This document shows, piece by piece, positions 37,321 through 49,990 of a stretch of 64,000 nt of DNA. Position 1 is the stretch's first letter. Each line of letters begins with the position of its first letter. A program made the position numbers and the translations under genes. The stretch spans positions 46,828,594 through 46,892,593 of the forward strand of contig JASCQW010000105.1 in the NCBI GenBank assembly GCA_030264375.1. The letters run 5' to 3'. This stretch comes from Carcharhinus longimanus. Lineage: Eukaryota. The notes under the pieces are model-generated. The model saw nothing but the letters and a program-made list of their open reading frames with translations, made no database searches and was not told the DNA's origin.

Positions 37321-40309
37321 CAGATGTATTCTACTGCAAAAAATAACAAAAGTAAATCAGAATGATGATGCATGTGATGTTGTTACCAATGTTTTCCTGT
37401 GAATCAATGGAATGTATTAGCAGTAAGAAAAATGAACTGGCCAATCATGGTGCAGTGGTAATGAAATTCTTCTCGACTTCATAAAACAGCTAAATTATCA
37501 CTTAATCTGTGTAAGTGCTGAATACATCATTCAGCCATTTGTGCAAATTGCTTCTGTAATAGCAAAATAAAAATGAAGAAAATTTCAATTTACCCACAAT
37601 GCGTGTGCTAAGCAATGAAGAAATGCGAAGTTCTTTAATATTCTCAGTCTGTTCTCTAATATATCACAATTATTACCCATCTGTACTCTTGCCAAGCAAT
37701 CAGCAAGTATTGTAGTCAGTAAGATATAACTGCCAGTTTATTTAGACTTGGAAGTACAATTTATTTTAAGAAGAACAAGGAATAAATTATATCCATGTAT
37801 GTTTGCTATCTTCAAGCATAATACCATGTCTGCCTCAGTAGCTTAAAATATCTATCAATTTATTGCAAAAACAGCATTGAAGAATTTATACATTGTATTG
37901 CATACCTGATTTTTCATTCAAAACTCCAATTGTTTTTGTCAAGTTCAGCTGGGTTTATTTAACCACATTATTAAAAAAAAAGAAGATAATTGATTTCAGT
38001 TTAACTATCATCAAATAAAAAATCAAATGAACAAAACAACTTCACTTGATGAATTCAATATTCTCGACTAAACTTTTAGCATTCTCCAATTAATTTAAAT
38101 GTCAATAATTTGCTTCTTTTCAATTCCGTTAACTTAATGGTACCTGACCTCAACATTGCATTTACATGGGGCAGAAGAACAAAAGAAGGGAAAAATCACT
38201 TTCCATGTTTTGAGAGTGTATATAAATCCCACAATACTTGATTTTTAGTGTTTCAGAGTTCGAGAATGCACTGAACAATATTTTAATTTCAAATTTGCTT
38301 TATTTCTTTCTGGGGAACTCCAAACGTATTACCAAGCCCTAATCGGTTCATACCCATGTTTCTTTTTGCCAATGATTGGAATGCCAACTGAGCTGATGTA
38401 GAAAGTCACATTAGGAGAAACTGAACCAATTCAATCTATTATTATTTGAGTAGATTCAAAACTAGAGCAAATTCAAAGTCCATAGGGAATGGTGTTTTAT
38501 GTTTCGAATACCACAAAGGCAAAGTGAATAGCACAATGTCTGGACATTTGCTTAGCTTAACAATTAACAACTGACCAAAACAATCGTTGAGAAATGCACA
38601 AAGCAGCAACTACATTTGGAAGCTACCATTGAAAAATCATGAACAGTTTCCAATAAAACAATACTGTAGAGAAGTGGACAGCTACGAAATTCAATCAAAA
38701 ATATTTTGCTTACAGCCACGATCTTGTTTTATCAATAATCTCCACAGACTGGTTGTTGAAATCTACCCAAACAGCATGGACTCCAGAGGATCACCTTTTT
38801 CAGAAACAGACTTATTGTGAATACACTGAGGTAATCATATTGAATCCCCAGCGGCATTCTGTGTAGTAGCACTCGAGTGGTTATTTTCACACTAGTGTTT
38901 TAAAGTATGTTATAATTATTTTCAACAGTATGTTGGCTACTTAGGTCTGTAATTTTTCAGTGGTAATACTTTTGATTCTAATTTGTGAGTATACTCTTAC
39001 TGATAAAGTTATTTAATATAAATATAAAACATGTTGGAGGGCAGCCAATCCCCGAAATCAAAAAAAGGGATGGATTGATAGAAACTTTGCAATAATAATA
39101 TGAGCTGTTCATCTGAATTTTAATAACGTGGTTCCTTGAGTTGGCCCAAAGTTTAAAAAAAACTGTTCATTTAACAACTTTTCATAAAATACAATCATAA
39201 TAGAAGTACCTCCAAATATTACAATTGGGCAGAAGCTGAAGCATTTTCTAAGGCAGTCACACACACAGCTGAATAGTTACTTTCAATTGAAAGAAATCTG
39301 TAATTTAAATTTGCAATTTGTATTGTGAATTGTGCTTCAATTAATACCTTCAATTATCTACTTCAATTTTCAACCTCAGTTGAGTGAAAACATCATCACT
39401 GAAAGCAAAGCCAAGAAGTGGTTGCAAAACATGACAGTAAAAAAAGACTCATGAAAAATAACTATAGTAAGGAAACTGAAATACAATAAATTCTGTCATG
39501 CCTGTTTGTGCTAGAATTATTTTTAATTATGTGCATCATTTCATCTTTCCACAAAGGTACTGAAGCAATTTTAAACTATAGTCTACAGCTAAAATGTTGT
39601 AAAATAGAAGTGCATGTTTTAAATCTAATTTAACAATTAATTGACCAATAATTATAATGTACAGGTTACAGTAACTTGTCAGTCCACTTATTCATTTACA
39701 GAAATGGACAAATGTACTTTCAAACATGATAAGAAAAGCATAGAATGGATTTTTTAGGCCCTGTTGGGAGCTGACATGAAGGTGAGTGAAATAAATTTGT
39801 GCTGCTGAATGGCATGCCTGCTTCCTGGAGAAGGAGGACCTCCTATTTGTCTTCCAGATTCAAGAGCCCAACCATCATCCTTAATTGGGTGATGGGCCTA
39901 CCCTCTGGCCACTAATTGGCCAATTCAGGGACAATCACAGCAAGCAACTGTAACCCACACAGTGAAAGCTTCTGATTCCTAATTAGTGCCTGAAGGAAGA
40001 GCCCTGAATCCCACTGGGAAAATGTTACCTTGTATGTTATTTTGAAATTCAGCAATGATCACAATGGATTATGAATATTAATTGGCAAAGTAAAAGCAAT
40101 GAAGAATTATCAAGTTGCAAAATATGGGAACAACAAAATATGAATAAGGCACAAAAAACACTCATTGTTGGGCATTTAAATTTAGCTGGTAGCAAAAAAG
40201 ATTTAATCTAACAGGTCTTCACTTCCTGTGGGGACCTTTCTCAGACCCAATAGTTGCATTTAAAAAGGAGCCAATTTAAATAGGTTTTCTTGAGTTAAAG
40301 AGAGAGTGA

Positions 40310-41170
40310 GGTTATTATTTGGTTCAAACTTGGACTAAAGAGATGAACACCAGAAGGGAGGTGNNNNNNNNNNNNNNCAAGGAGCCCTGGTGGGTGGGTG
40401 TGGTGGGGGGGGTTGTGGTTGTACAAAGGGTGATGGCTGTGGAGGCTGGAGGTCAATCACGTCTACTCCAGGATATCATTGCGAGAGTTCCTCAGGGTAG
40501 TGTCCCAGGCCCATCCACCTTCTGCTGCTTCATCAGTGATCTTCCTTTGAAGAATGATACTGCTCATGTATCATCACTGAGCAGTCATGGTTCATGAGCA
40601 ATATCATGGCAGCTCAGATACTGAAGTAGTCCATGTCCAAATACAACAAGATCTAGGCAATATCCAGACTTGGGCTGACAAGTGCAAGTAACATTCATAC
40701 TATGCAAGTGCCAGACAATCACCATCTCCAACAAAAGAGGATCTAATCATTGCCTCTTGATGGTCAATGGCATATCCATTGCTGAATCCACCATTATTAA
40801 CATTCTAGCAGTTACCATTGACTAGAAAATGAACTGGACCAATAATATAAACATTGTCTTGGAATCCTGCAGTGAATAACTCATCACCTGATTCCCTAAA
40901 GCCTGTCCACTATCTACAAGGCATAAGTCAGGAGTGTAATGGAAAAATCTCCACTTGCCTGGATGCATGCAGCTCCAACAACACTCAGGAAGCTCAACAT
41001 CCTCCAGGACAAAGCAGCCAGCTTTATCATTACACCTTCCAGATGTTTGATTTCTCCATCGCCAATGAACAGTAGCAGCAGTTTCTATCATCTACAAGAT
41101 GCACTCCAAGAACTCACCAAGGTTTCTTTGGCTGCATCTTCCATACCAATAACCACCACCATCTGGAAGG
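40310..41170 (+). mobile_element. CR1-like LINE (second family) RT fragment
   Basis: DIIARVPQGSVPGPSTFCCFISDLP and MEKSPLAWMHAAPTTLRKLNILQDKAA. Confidence 0.85.
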
Positions 41171-41999
41171 ACTGTTTAGGATTATGAGCTGGTCAAAAGA
41201 TTAAGTAAGCAGAATTTCTGGGGATGTTAAATCGCAAATCACACCGGTGAGATCACAATCTCCGATTTTTGCCATCTCTCGCTTGTGACATAATCAGGTA
41301 CACACCCATAATGGATGAATACCTGATTTGCATTATTTAAATAAATTTTAATCTAATTAAAGATCTAATTAAAGACTACCTTATCAAATTTCTCAGCCCT
41401 CCCTTCCCTGCCCTCTCCCCCCATCCCACACCACCTCAGATGGAAGAAATTAAACCAAATTGTGTACGAAGGAGGATAACGAAGACATCCTTATGCTTCA
41501 ACTCCTGAAGTCCAACTGCCAAGCTCAACTTTACAACCGCTGCAAAACGAGTTTGGATTTGTGTTCAACTGCTGCTCCGTTCTCTGATTTGCACTCTATT
41601 GCTGCTCCACGCTATCAAACTTTTGCTATCTGCTGCATGTTGCACTCTGCCACGCTACCACAGTAATCAGTCTTTTGATACAAGTGCCTTATCCAAACAC
41701 TGGCAGGGATTGTTTTGTATCTTAGAGAAATGGATTGCAGCAATTCCATTTCTGTCCATTTTTAATTTTATTAAATTCAGGTTTTGTTTAAAGTTCAATA
41801 TTTCTGGTGTAATTCCATGATTTTTTTCCACCATCACAACGAATGTAATAGCGTTCAAGGTAATGCCAAGATACCAACAAAGTGCTTTCATGCCAAGATC
41901 GCACATGCTACTTTACAATTTATTTTTGTAAATTTTTGTTTCCTTTTAAAGAATAATGCCAGTAATGCTAACAAAAATACTTAGTACATGTATTTGTGT

Positions 42000-42215
42000 C
42001 TGTAAGGATCCCATCACTAATTGAAGAACAGTGCTGTTCTCCCACTGCCATGACCACCATTTATTTCTAAACCAATTTGTACTCATTTATTTGATATCAA
42101 AAGTGACCTGGATGTGCACAAATTGGCTAAAGCATTTCCTACATTGCAACAAAAATGAGAATGCAAAGAACTACATTGGCTGAAAAGTGCTCTTGGACAT
42201 CTGGAGCTTATAGTA
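42000..42215 (+). mobile_element. Decayed Deu-domain SINE
   Basis: GAAGAACAG..GTTCTCCC..GTGCACAAATTGGCT..CATTTCCTACATT..CATTGGCTG.AAAGTGCT. Confidence 0.6.
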
Positions 42216-43491
42216 GAATTTGTGAAGGAAACATATGGATAATTGGTAGAATTCAAATATATTTAAGATATTTTAATTTAGAATTCAGAAAGTGGAGACA
42301 TATTCAAGAATAATAATTTTTACCCGAAAGCCTTTAAACCATACACATGGTCAATTCTTGCTGACAGCTTTGATATCAACAGATGTTAAATAGACCTCTT
42401 TTGTACTATGTATAAAGTAACACTAGGGTCCTTCAAGTTCTCTGCACATTAAGCTAAGATAAGAAAACGCTTTAAAGCTTATCTCAAAAGGAATTTTAAA
42501 AGCTTTCATGATGGTATTGTCTCTCTTTTTATCTATCAGAAGATTCTCTTAAAACTACCTCAGCAAATTAGAAGAACAGACTTTAAAAATATATTTTATA
42601 AAATGTTTAAAATTACTTCTATAGAGATAGAAACAATTGAAGGTAAACAGGAAAGATATTCAGGGCATATTTTAGAGTGTTGTGCCATATATCTGGCTCA
42701 CAACATGAATAATAAACCATTTTAACAATTAAATAATAGAGAATAATAAGGGCACATCTAAGGGGATGATTTCATTAAAGAGGCAACACATATTTCTAGT
42801 AAAGAATGAAGTAATCTGGTTTAGAAGTATATAACTGTTCCAGTTTCCTTTCAGAACATTAGAAATATTGTGGAAGGGTACTGACAAAACGCATTCAATG
42901 TTTCTCTGGTTGTTCAGAGGTTGGATATCATAATGCAAGACAGCTTTAAGTTCCAAATGCCCAAAATTTGATTTATGTGGGAATTCAGGTTTGGACATAA
43001 AAATTGTATGTTTTACACATGGCCTGACTCTTCTGCACCTTCAGCTTCAGTTAAGAAGCCATGCTGAAAGCTTGATGTACCAGTGGTGGTGGAAACATGA
43101 CACCAGATTTTCAATCTGTTCTGGATTCTGCAATACCTATCAGACAGAGTTTGCATCAGCTTACAGGGGGCTTGCCAATGTCACCTTAAGGAATGCAATT
43201 TCCCAAAGCATTTGAACCATCCAAGTTGCATACTTCCCAATGTAAGTGTGGAACTCATTTCACCAAGGGACTTTTAAGGATCAATATTTCATCAGGGAAA
43301 CTCTTAAAATGGGGATAAATACTGCTTAAAATACATAGCGAAGTCCAGATGGACTTTTGCTGAAACTTTTTCCAGACACTAACATCCACCTTGTTATATA
43401 GGAAAACATTTCTTAGTATGTCATGACAAAGTTGTGAAAATTTTCACTTTCTGGTTAGCAGAATGTCTGCCTGTACTCGCTGCAGTTAGAC

Positions 43492-43730
43492 CAAAAGAAA
43501 GTGTCCAAATTAGTCTGAAATACTCAGCTATCATCAGATGAAGTTAGGGCGAGACTGCAGAGCAATGCTTCAATGCCGGCAGCTTTCCAAAACCGAATTG
43601 GAGGTTTTAACTTGGCGTGTTTCCAGATTGCATATCCATATGCTGGATGTCCATGTTGCCCTGACATGCATGTACAGCGCACAATCCATACAGTGCACAA
43701 TCCACTTAATTCGGGATTCAGGATGGAAGT
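43492..43730. repeat. Left arm of a long inverted repeat
   Basis: Reverse complement of 44959-45182 at ~92% identity (hand alignment); carries an extra 16-bp tandem duplication at 43673-43704. Confidence 0.95.
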
Positions 43731-44178
43731 AACAGGACAATATCTCTCCATAGTTGTTTTCCTTGGTGGAGACATGATTCAATTTCTCAGACCCAAAGCA
43801 CGTGTTTGTGTGAAGTTGGTTCCTTGAAAGTAGGTGAAAGTGTTTGTTGAGAGAGATTTCCTAATCTAACGTCATTTACTTTTGAGGCCAAAGTTATAAT
43901 CTACTTCAATCTTGCCCATTATAGATATTGCATCAATGTAATGGAACATCTGTGACATATTCCTGAACCTTTTTTTATACTTTGGTAGAACTGTGACAAA
44001 AATAAAGCATTTTTGTTTACAATATATCTTTATTTTGCTTTGTCTGATTTTGGAAGAGTGATCGTGATTAGCTTCATTTACAGAGAGTGAAATGACTAAG
44101 TTTAACATGATTACCATCATGTGTTGCTATTAGTTGCTCAACTGAGCCAGATGCTTCAGTGAGAGATCAAACTAAGCC

Positions 44179-44265
44179 AAAGCTGGTATCCAATATATAT
44201 TTGAAGAACAGGCCAAATGCATGGTATTTGGCCTGTTCTTCAAATATATATTGGATACCAGCTTT
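44179..44265. repeat. Perfect palindrome: 40-bp arms, 7-nt spacer
   Basis: AAAGCTGGTATCCAATATATATTTGAAGAACAGGCCAAAT-GCATGGT-ATTTGGCCTGTTCTTCAAATATATATTGGATACCAGCTTT. Confidence 0.97.
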
Positions 44266-44958
44266 TCTCAGAAAAAAATATGTAAAATTTTGTCTTTCAT
44301 GTGTGTTGAAAAGTAATTTGGTTCGTTCAAATTCAGGCTGCTCTCTGAAACCTTCAGAGTTGATGGCTTCCATGAATTGAGAAGAAAAAACAACGAGGAG
44401 TGGATATTTTTGTGGAAGAGTGAAACAAGGTGCTAAATGTATGCAAATAAGATACAACAATTTCGGAGACTGCTTTTAGTATGCAATTCTGGTCCTAATT
44501 ACTGATTACCTTTGAATTTGCCTGGAGGGCTAAAGTAGACACCAAACTTAATCAGCACTCAATCACTGCTTAAATGCAATTTTCATGAAGCAGTTATGTA
44601 TGGACTTTGTGCATGTGCTTCGATTTGAAGATGAGGAGTATGCTGGCTGACACACAGTGCCAGATTTTAGGTTGGCGCAGAGATTGAATGAGACAGCGCT
44701 GTGCTTTTTCAAAGGAATGAGTAGTTTTCCTTCTACTTCTATAGATCTCTTATCACCTTGTCAATCAGATTTAGAGTCTTTGTAAACATTGTGGTTGGGA
44801 AAAATGGGGGTACTTGAGATACGTTCAAGCATGAAGGGAAATGTAAATAAACACAGCTGACTGAAATCTGATTAGAAATCCATTAACCTGTGAATTAAAG
44901 CCTACTTCAAAGCACTGCACTATGAAATTGAAAGAGATTGCAACTCTTTTGGATTGCA

Positions 44959-45182
44959 ACTTCCATCCTGAATTCCGAATTAAGTGGATTGTGAGCTGCA
45001 CATGCACGTCAGGACAACGTGGAGAGCCAGCATATGGATATGCAATCTGGAAACAACGCCAAGTTTAATACCTCCAATTTGGTTTTGGAAAGCTGCTGGC
45101 ATTGAAGCATTGCTCTGTAGTCTCTCCTTAACTTCCTCTGATGATAGCTGAGTATTTCAGACTTATCTGGACACTTTTTTTG
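44959..45182. repeat. Right arm of the long inverted repeat
   Basis: ACTTCCATCCTGAATTCCGAATTAAGTGG..GGACACTTTTTTTG, the inverted partner of 43492-43730. Confidence 0.95.
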
Positions 45183-45605
45183 CCATAGAGAAGGTTTCAG
45201 CTTGCTCTGAAGGCTTAGGAGACTTCAGATAAAAGCTATGTGAATACATTGGGCTGAGTGCAAAGCTGTGGAGAATGAAACATCTCTTCTCTTTCAGAGA
45301 TCCCCAAAGGGGTCTGCTCACATCTGCAGTTTCTTACAGGGAAAAAGGGAAATCCCTGCTGCAGTGTTGCTGTGATTTTAAAAGCCTGCCAGGTGACCAT
45401 GGGACATGGAGATTAAAATGACCAGGTCACTTCAAAATTTTTTACAGCTAGCAGGCAAGAATGAAGAACAGTAGCAGCTTGAAATCACCATGTTAGTGGT
45501 GATCTTCAGCTCTGCCAGATCTAAGAGGGGCCACCATCCTAGGAGAAAGTGGCGAGGTTAACCACTTGCCCCAGACTGAGACCATCCAACCTCCAGGACC
45601 CTCGA

Positions 45606-45910
45606 GGGATGGTAGCGTAGTGATTAGCACTGCTGCCCCATAATGCCAAGGACACGGGTTCAATTCCAGTCTTGGGTGACTGTGTGTGGAATTTGCACAT
45701 TTTCCCCTGTCCATGTGGGTTTCCTCCAGGTGCACCCACTTCTTCCCACACTCCAAAGATGTGTGGGTTAGGTTGATTGGCTATGCTAAATTAGCCCTTA
45801 ATGTCAGGGGTAAATTTGTAAGAGTTTAGGCATAGGGCCTGGATGGGATTCTCGTTGGTGCAGGCTCGGTGGAGCCTGCTTTTGCACTGTAGGGATTCTA
45901 TGATTCTATG
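45606..45910 (+). mobile_element. HE1-type V-SINE
   Basis: Head, V-domain and GATTCTATGATTCTATG tail. Confidence 0.9.
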
Positions 45911-46649
45911 ACCGTTCTCTCCAGCTTGGCAGTAGCAAAGTGGCAAATGGGCTCTGGACAACCCTCAGGGCTCAATGTGCCAGACAAGGTGTTAGTGTCA
46001 GGGGCAGTGCACTGTTGACACTGTCAAGGCATGTGGCCTGACTGGGGGATCTGAATGAGGAGTCTGAATCGGGAAGGGGCTTAGTGGGGGGAGGGGTTGT
46101 GGGGATTGAAAGTATTCAATAGAAACAGCAGAGAATGATTTCAAACTGTCACAGTGAAGATTTATCACTATCTTAAACCCCCATCACAGCTTCTTGCTTG
46201 GGCTGGCACAGTTGCATAGAGTTTTCTTCCAGATTTCTGAGCATTCATTAAATGCTTTTCCCTATAAATCCATGAAACTTCAATGAAACTTACTTTAACT
46301 TCAGAGCAAACGTGTGTGCTTTCTAAATTCAGTTCCCCAGCAATCTTGCAGGATTTCTTATTCGATAACTTGAAACTATTTCATTCTCTTCATTCTGTGG
46401 TGGACACACACTGACTGTCCTTCTGTATTTTCCTGTGTCTGTGTGTATGTCCCTGGAACAGCATCACTGGGCAGTAGCAGTTTGTTCTGCTTTATTTTTT
46501 TTCCTGAAGTCACTAAACTATTAACTCCTTTTTAAACCTTCTCTTCATTTCAAAAATTGCAAAACATTATTAAAAGTACATGGACACAAAGAGGGCCTCC
46601 AGACCTCCCAGCACCTCACAAAATACTCCAAATGAAACTGGAGTCGTAG

Positions 46650-46952
46650 TTCACAGAATCATTCAGTGCAAAAGGAGGCCATTTGGCCTACTGAGTCTGC
46701 AGCGACCACAATCCCTCCCATGCCCTATCCTCATATATTTACTCTAGCTAGTCCCCGTGGCACTAACGGGCAATTTAGTATGGCCAATGCACCTAACCCA
46801 CACATCTTTAGATTGTGGGAGGAAACCAGAGCACCCCGAGGAAGGCCATGCAGATACGGGGAGAATGTGCAGTCTCCACACAGACAGTGACCTAAGCCGG
46901 GACCCTGGCACTGTGAGGCAGCAGTGCTAACCACTGTGTCATTGTACCACCC
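46650..46952 (-). mobile_element. HE1-type V-SINE
   Basis: Reverse-complement head (..GAGGCAGCAGTGCTAACCACTG) and V-domain. Confidence 0.9.
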
Positions 46953-47469
46953 ATTTCATCTTCCTTAACACACAAATACAATTAGAAATTAAATTTAAAG
47001 TTACACATTATTCCTAGAGCCTTTTTTCACTGAATGTATCTTTACTGTATGTTATGAAATATCTACTTAAATTTCTGCCACTGCATCACCTCTGAATTAT
47101 CCCAGTTCACTTTATCTAAGATCACATGCCATGCAGCCTCATTAATGAGTACCATCACGTGACTTAAGTGATAATCAGCTTTGTGACTTGCTGGGCAGTC
47201 ATATTTAGCACAACCTTAAACTCCTTTACCAGGCGGTGCCTTGATTTAAATTTGAGCACACCCCTACATCCAGCTTTAGACGCCAGTTGAGCTGTTTAGG
47301 AGGTTCAGTCTCATCTGAGCAAGCTATTGAAAATTCATAGTTCAGGCCTGCAATCAAAAACTATTTGTTAGTTTTTACTTACTCATGGGGATAGTTCTCG
47401 CGAATGTCATATCTATATTGCCTCATTGCAAGTTGAATAAATGTGAAGCCTAAGTTTTATGAGGGCAGA

Positions 47470-48160
47470 TAAGGGGCAGATGGAATTTAACCCAGAAAAG
47501 TGTGACTGATACACTTTGGAAGGAGTAATTTGACAAGGAAGTATTCAATGAATGGCATGGCACCAGGAGGTCTTTGGGACCTTGGTGTGTTTGTCCATAG
47601 GTCTCTGAAGGTGGAAGGACATGTTAATAGGGTGGTGAAAAGGCATATGGAATACTTACCTTTATTAATAGAGGCATAGATTACAAAAGCATGGAAATCA
47701 GGTTGGAGTTGCAGAGAACTTTGGTGAAGCTAAGTGAGAGTACAATGTGCAGTACTGATTGCCATACTATAGGAAGGATGTGATTGCACTAGAGGGAGTG
47801 CAGAGGAGATTCACCAGCATGCTGCCTGAGATGGAACACTTAAGTTATGAAGAGAGGTTGGATAGGCTTGGGTTGTTTTCCTTGGAGCAAAGAAGACTGA
47901 GAGGTGACCCAATAGAGGCGTACAAGGTTATGAGGGGCATGGACAGGATGGATAGGGAGCAGCTGTCCCCCTTAGTTGAAATGTCAATCATGAGGGGACA
48001 TAAGTTCAAAGGTGAGGAACAGGAGGTTTATGGGGAATTTGAGCAAAAACCTTTTTACCCAGAGGGTGGTGATGTCTGGAATGCACTCTCTGGGAAGATA
48101 GTATAGTTGAGTTGCACCACATCCTTTGAAAAGTATCTGGATGAGCACTTGGCATAGTGC
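47470..48160 (+). mobile_element. CR1 LINE 3' fragment
   Basis: PYYRKDVIALEGVQRRFTSMLPEM..YEERLDRLGLFSLEQRRLRGD. Confidence 0.93.
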
Positions 48161-49492
48161 AAAGAATAAAGAAAAGTATATCACAGAAACAGGCCCTTTG
48201 GCCCTCCTAGTCTGCGCTGATCATTATGCCTGCCTAAACTAAATCTGTATGCACTTACAGAGTCTGTATCCTTCCAGCCCCATCCTATTCATTTATTCAT
48301 CTCATTGCCCCTTAAATGCTGGTATTGTACCTGTTCCAACCACCTCCCCAGGCAACACGTTCCAAACATTCACCACCCTCTGTATAAAAAACTTGCCTCG
48401 CACATCTCCTCTAAATTTTCCCTTTGCACCTTAAACCTATGTTCCCTAGTACTTGACGTTTCTACCTGAGGAAAGAACATCTGACTATACACTCTGTCCA
48501 TGCCATTCATAATCTTGTAGGCCTCTCTCAACCTCCATCGTTCCAATGTGAACAAACCAAGTTTATAGCTAATACCTTCCAGACGAGGCAACATAATGGT
48601 AAACCTCTTCCATACACTCTCCAAAGCATCCAAATCCTTCTGGTAGTATTGCGACTAGAATTGTATACAATATTCTAAATGAAGCCTTATAAGGTTCTGT
48701 ACAGTTGCAGCATGACCCACCAAATTTTATAGTCAATGCCCCGACCGAGGAAGGGAAGCATGCTATATGCTTTCTTAATTACCTTACCCACCTGCATTGG
48801 CACTTTCAGCGATCGGTGGACATATATGCCCAGATCTGCCTATCAACATTCCTAAGGGTTCTACCATTTACTGTATAACTCCTACATGAACATTCCAAAA
48901 TGCATTATTTTACACTTGTCCGGATTAAACTCCATCTGCCATTGCTCCACCCAAGTCTCCAACTGAATTATATCTTGCTGTATCCCCTGACAATCCTTTT
49001 CACCATCTGCAACTCTACCAATTTTTGTGTCGTCTGCGAACTTAATAATCAGACCAGCTCTTTTTTCCTCCAAATCATTTATATATGCTACAAACAACAA
49101 CAAAGATCCCAGAAATGATCCCTGTGGAACACTGCTAATCACAACCTTCCATTCAGAAAAGCACTCCTCTACTACTACCCTCTGTCTTCTATGGCCAATC
49201 CAGTTCTGTATCCATCTTGCCAGCTCTCCTCTGATCCCATGTGACTTCACCTTTTGTACCAGTCTACTACGAGGTATCTTGTCAAAGGCTTGTCATCTGT
49301 CATCTTCATCACTTCCTTAAAAAACTTGAAAAAAGTAACTTTTTCTGAGACATAAACTGCCCTTCAGAAAACCATGCTATCTATCGCTAATAAGTTCATT
49401 TGTTTCCAAATGTGAGTAAATCCTGACCCTATGAATCATTTCCAATAATTTTCCTACCATTGGCATAAGGCTCACCGGCCTATAATTTCCTG
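48161..49492 (-). mobile_element. CR1/HER1 LINE ORF2 3' portion
   Basis: KSHGIRGELARWIQNW..SVPQGSFLGSLL..IIKFADDTKIG..MEFNPDKC. Confidence 0.95.
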
Positions 49493-49674
49493 TGATAAAA
49501 TGTCATAACATTCAAAGCTATGGGCCAACTGCTGGTAAATGGGATTAGCTGAGAGGTCAGGTGTTTCATACTTGTCAATGGGCCAAAGGGCCTCCTCTGG
49601 AACATGTGATTCTATGACTCTAAGACATAATCAAATTGTGGCTTTACTTTGCTGCCAATCAAATATTAGAATGA

Positions 49675-49990
49675 TCAAAGAACCCCTACAGTGCAGAAAG
49701 AGGCCATTCAGCCTGCCGAGTCTGCACGGACCACAATCCCTCACAGCCCCTATCCCTGTAGCCCCACCTAATTACCCTGCTAGTTCCCCTGACACTAAGT
49801 GGCAATTTGGCATTGCCAATCAATCTGAACCGCAAATCTTTGGATTGTGGGAGGAAACTGGAGCACCTGGAGGAAACCCATGCTGACACGAGGAGAATAT
49901 GCAAACTCCATACTGAATGATCCAAGCCAGAAATCGAACCTGGGTCCCTGGTGCTATGAGACAGCTGTACTAACCACTGTGCCACCCTAT
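49675..49990 (-). mobile_element. HE1-type V-SINE
   Basis: Complete reverse-complement head, V-domain and tail. Confidence 0.92.

Noticed and set aside
41440-41508. MEEIKP.. reading that resembles the FGD4/frabin N-terminus
   Set aside because: Only six residues match, the frame stops after 22 codons, and no other FGD4 exon is seen.
47470-49492. Tail-to-tail CR1 pair that could form dsRNA
   Set aside because: Diverged copies of an abundant family, so adjacency is expected by chance.
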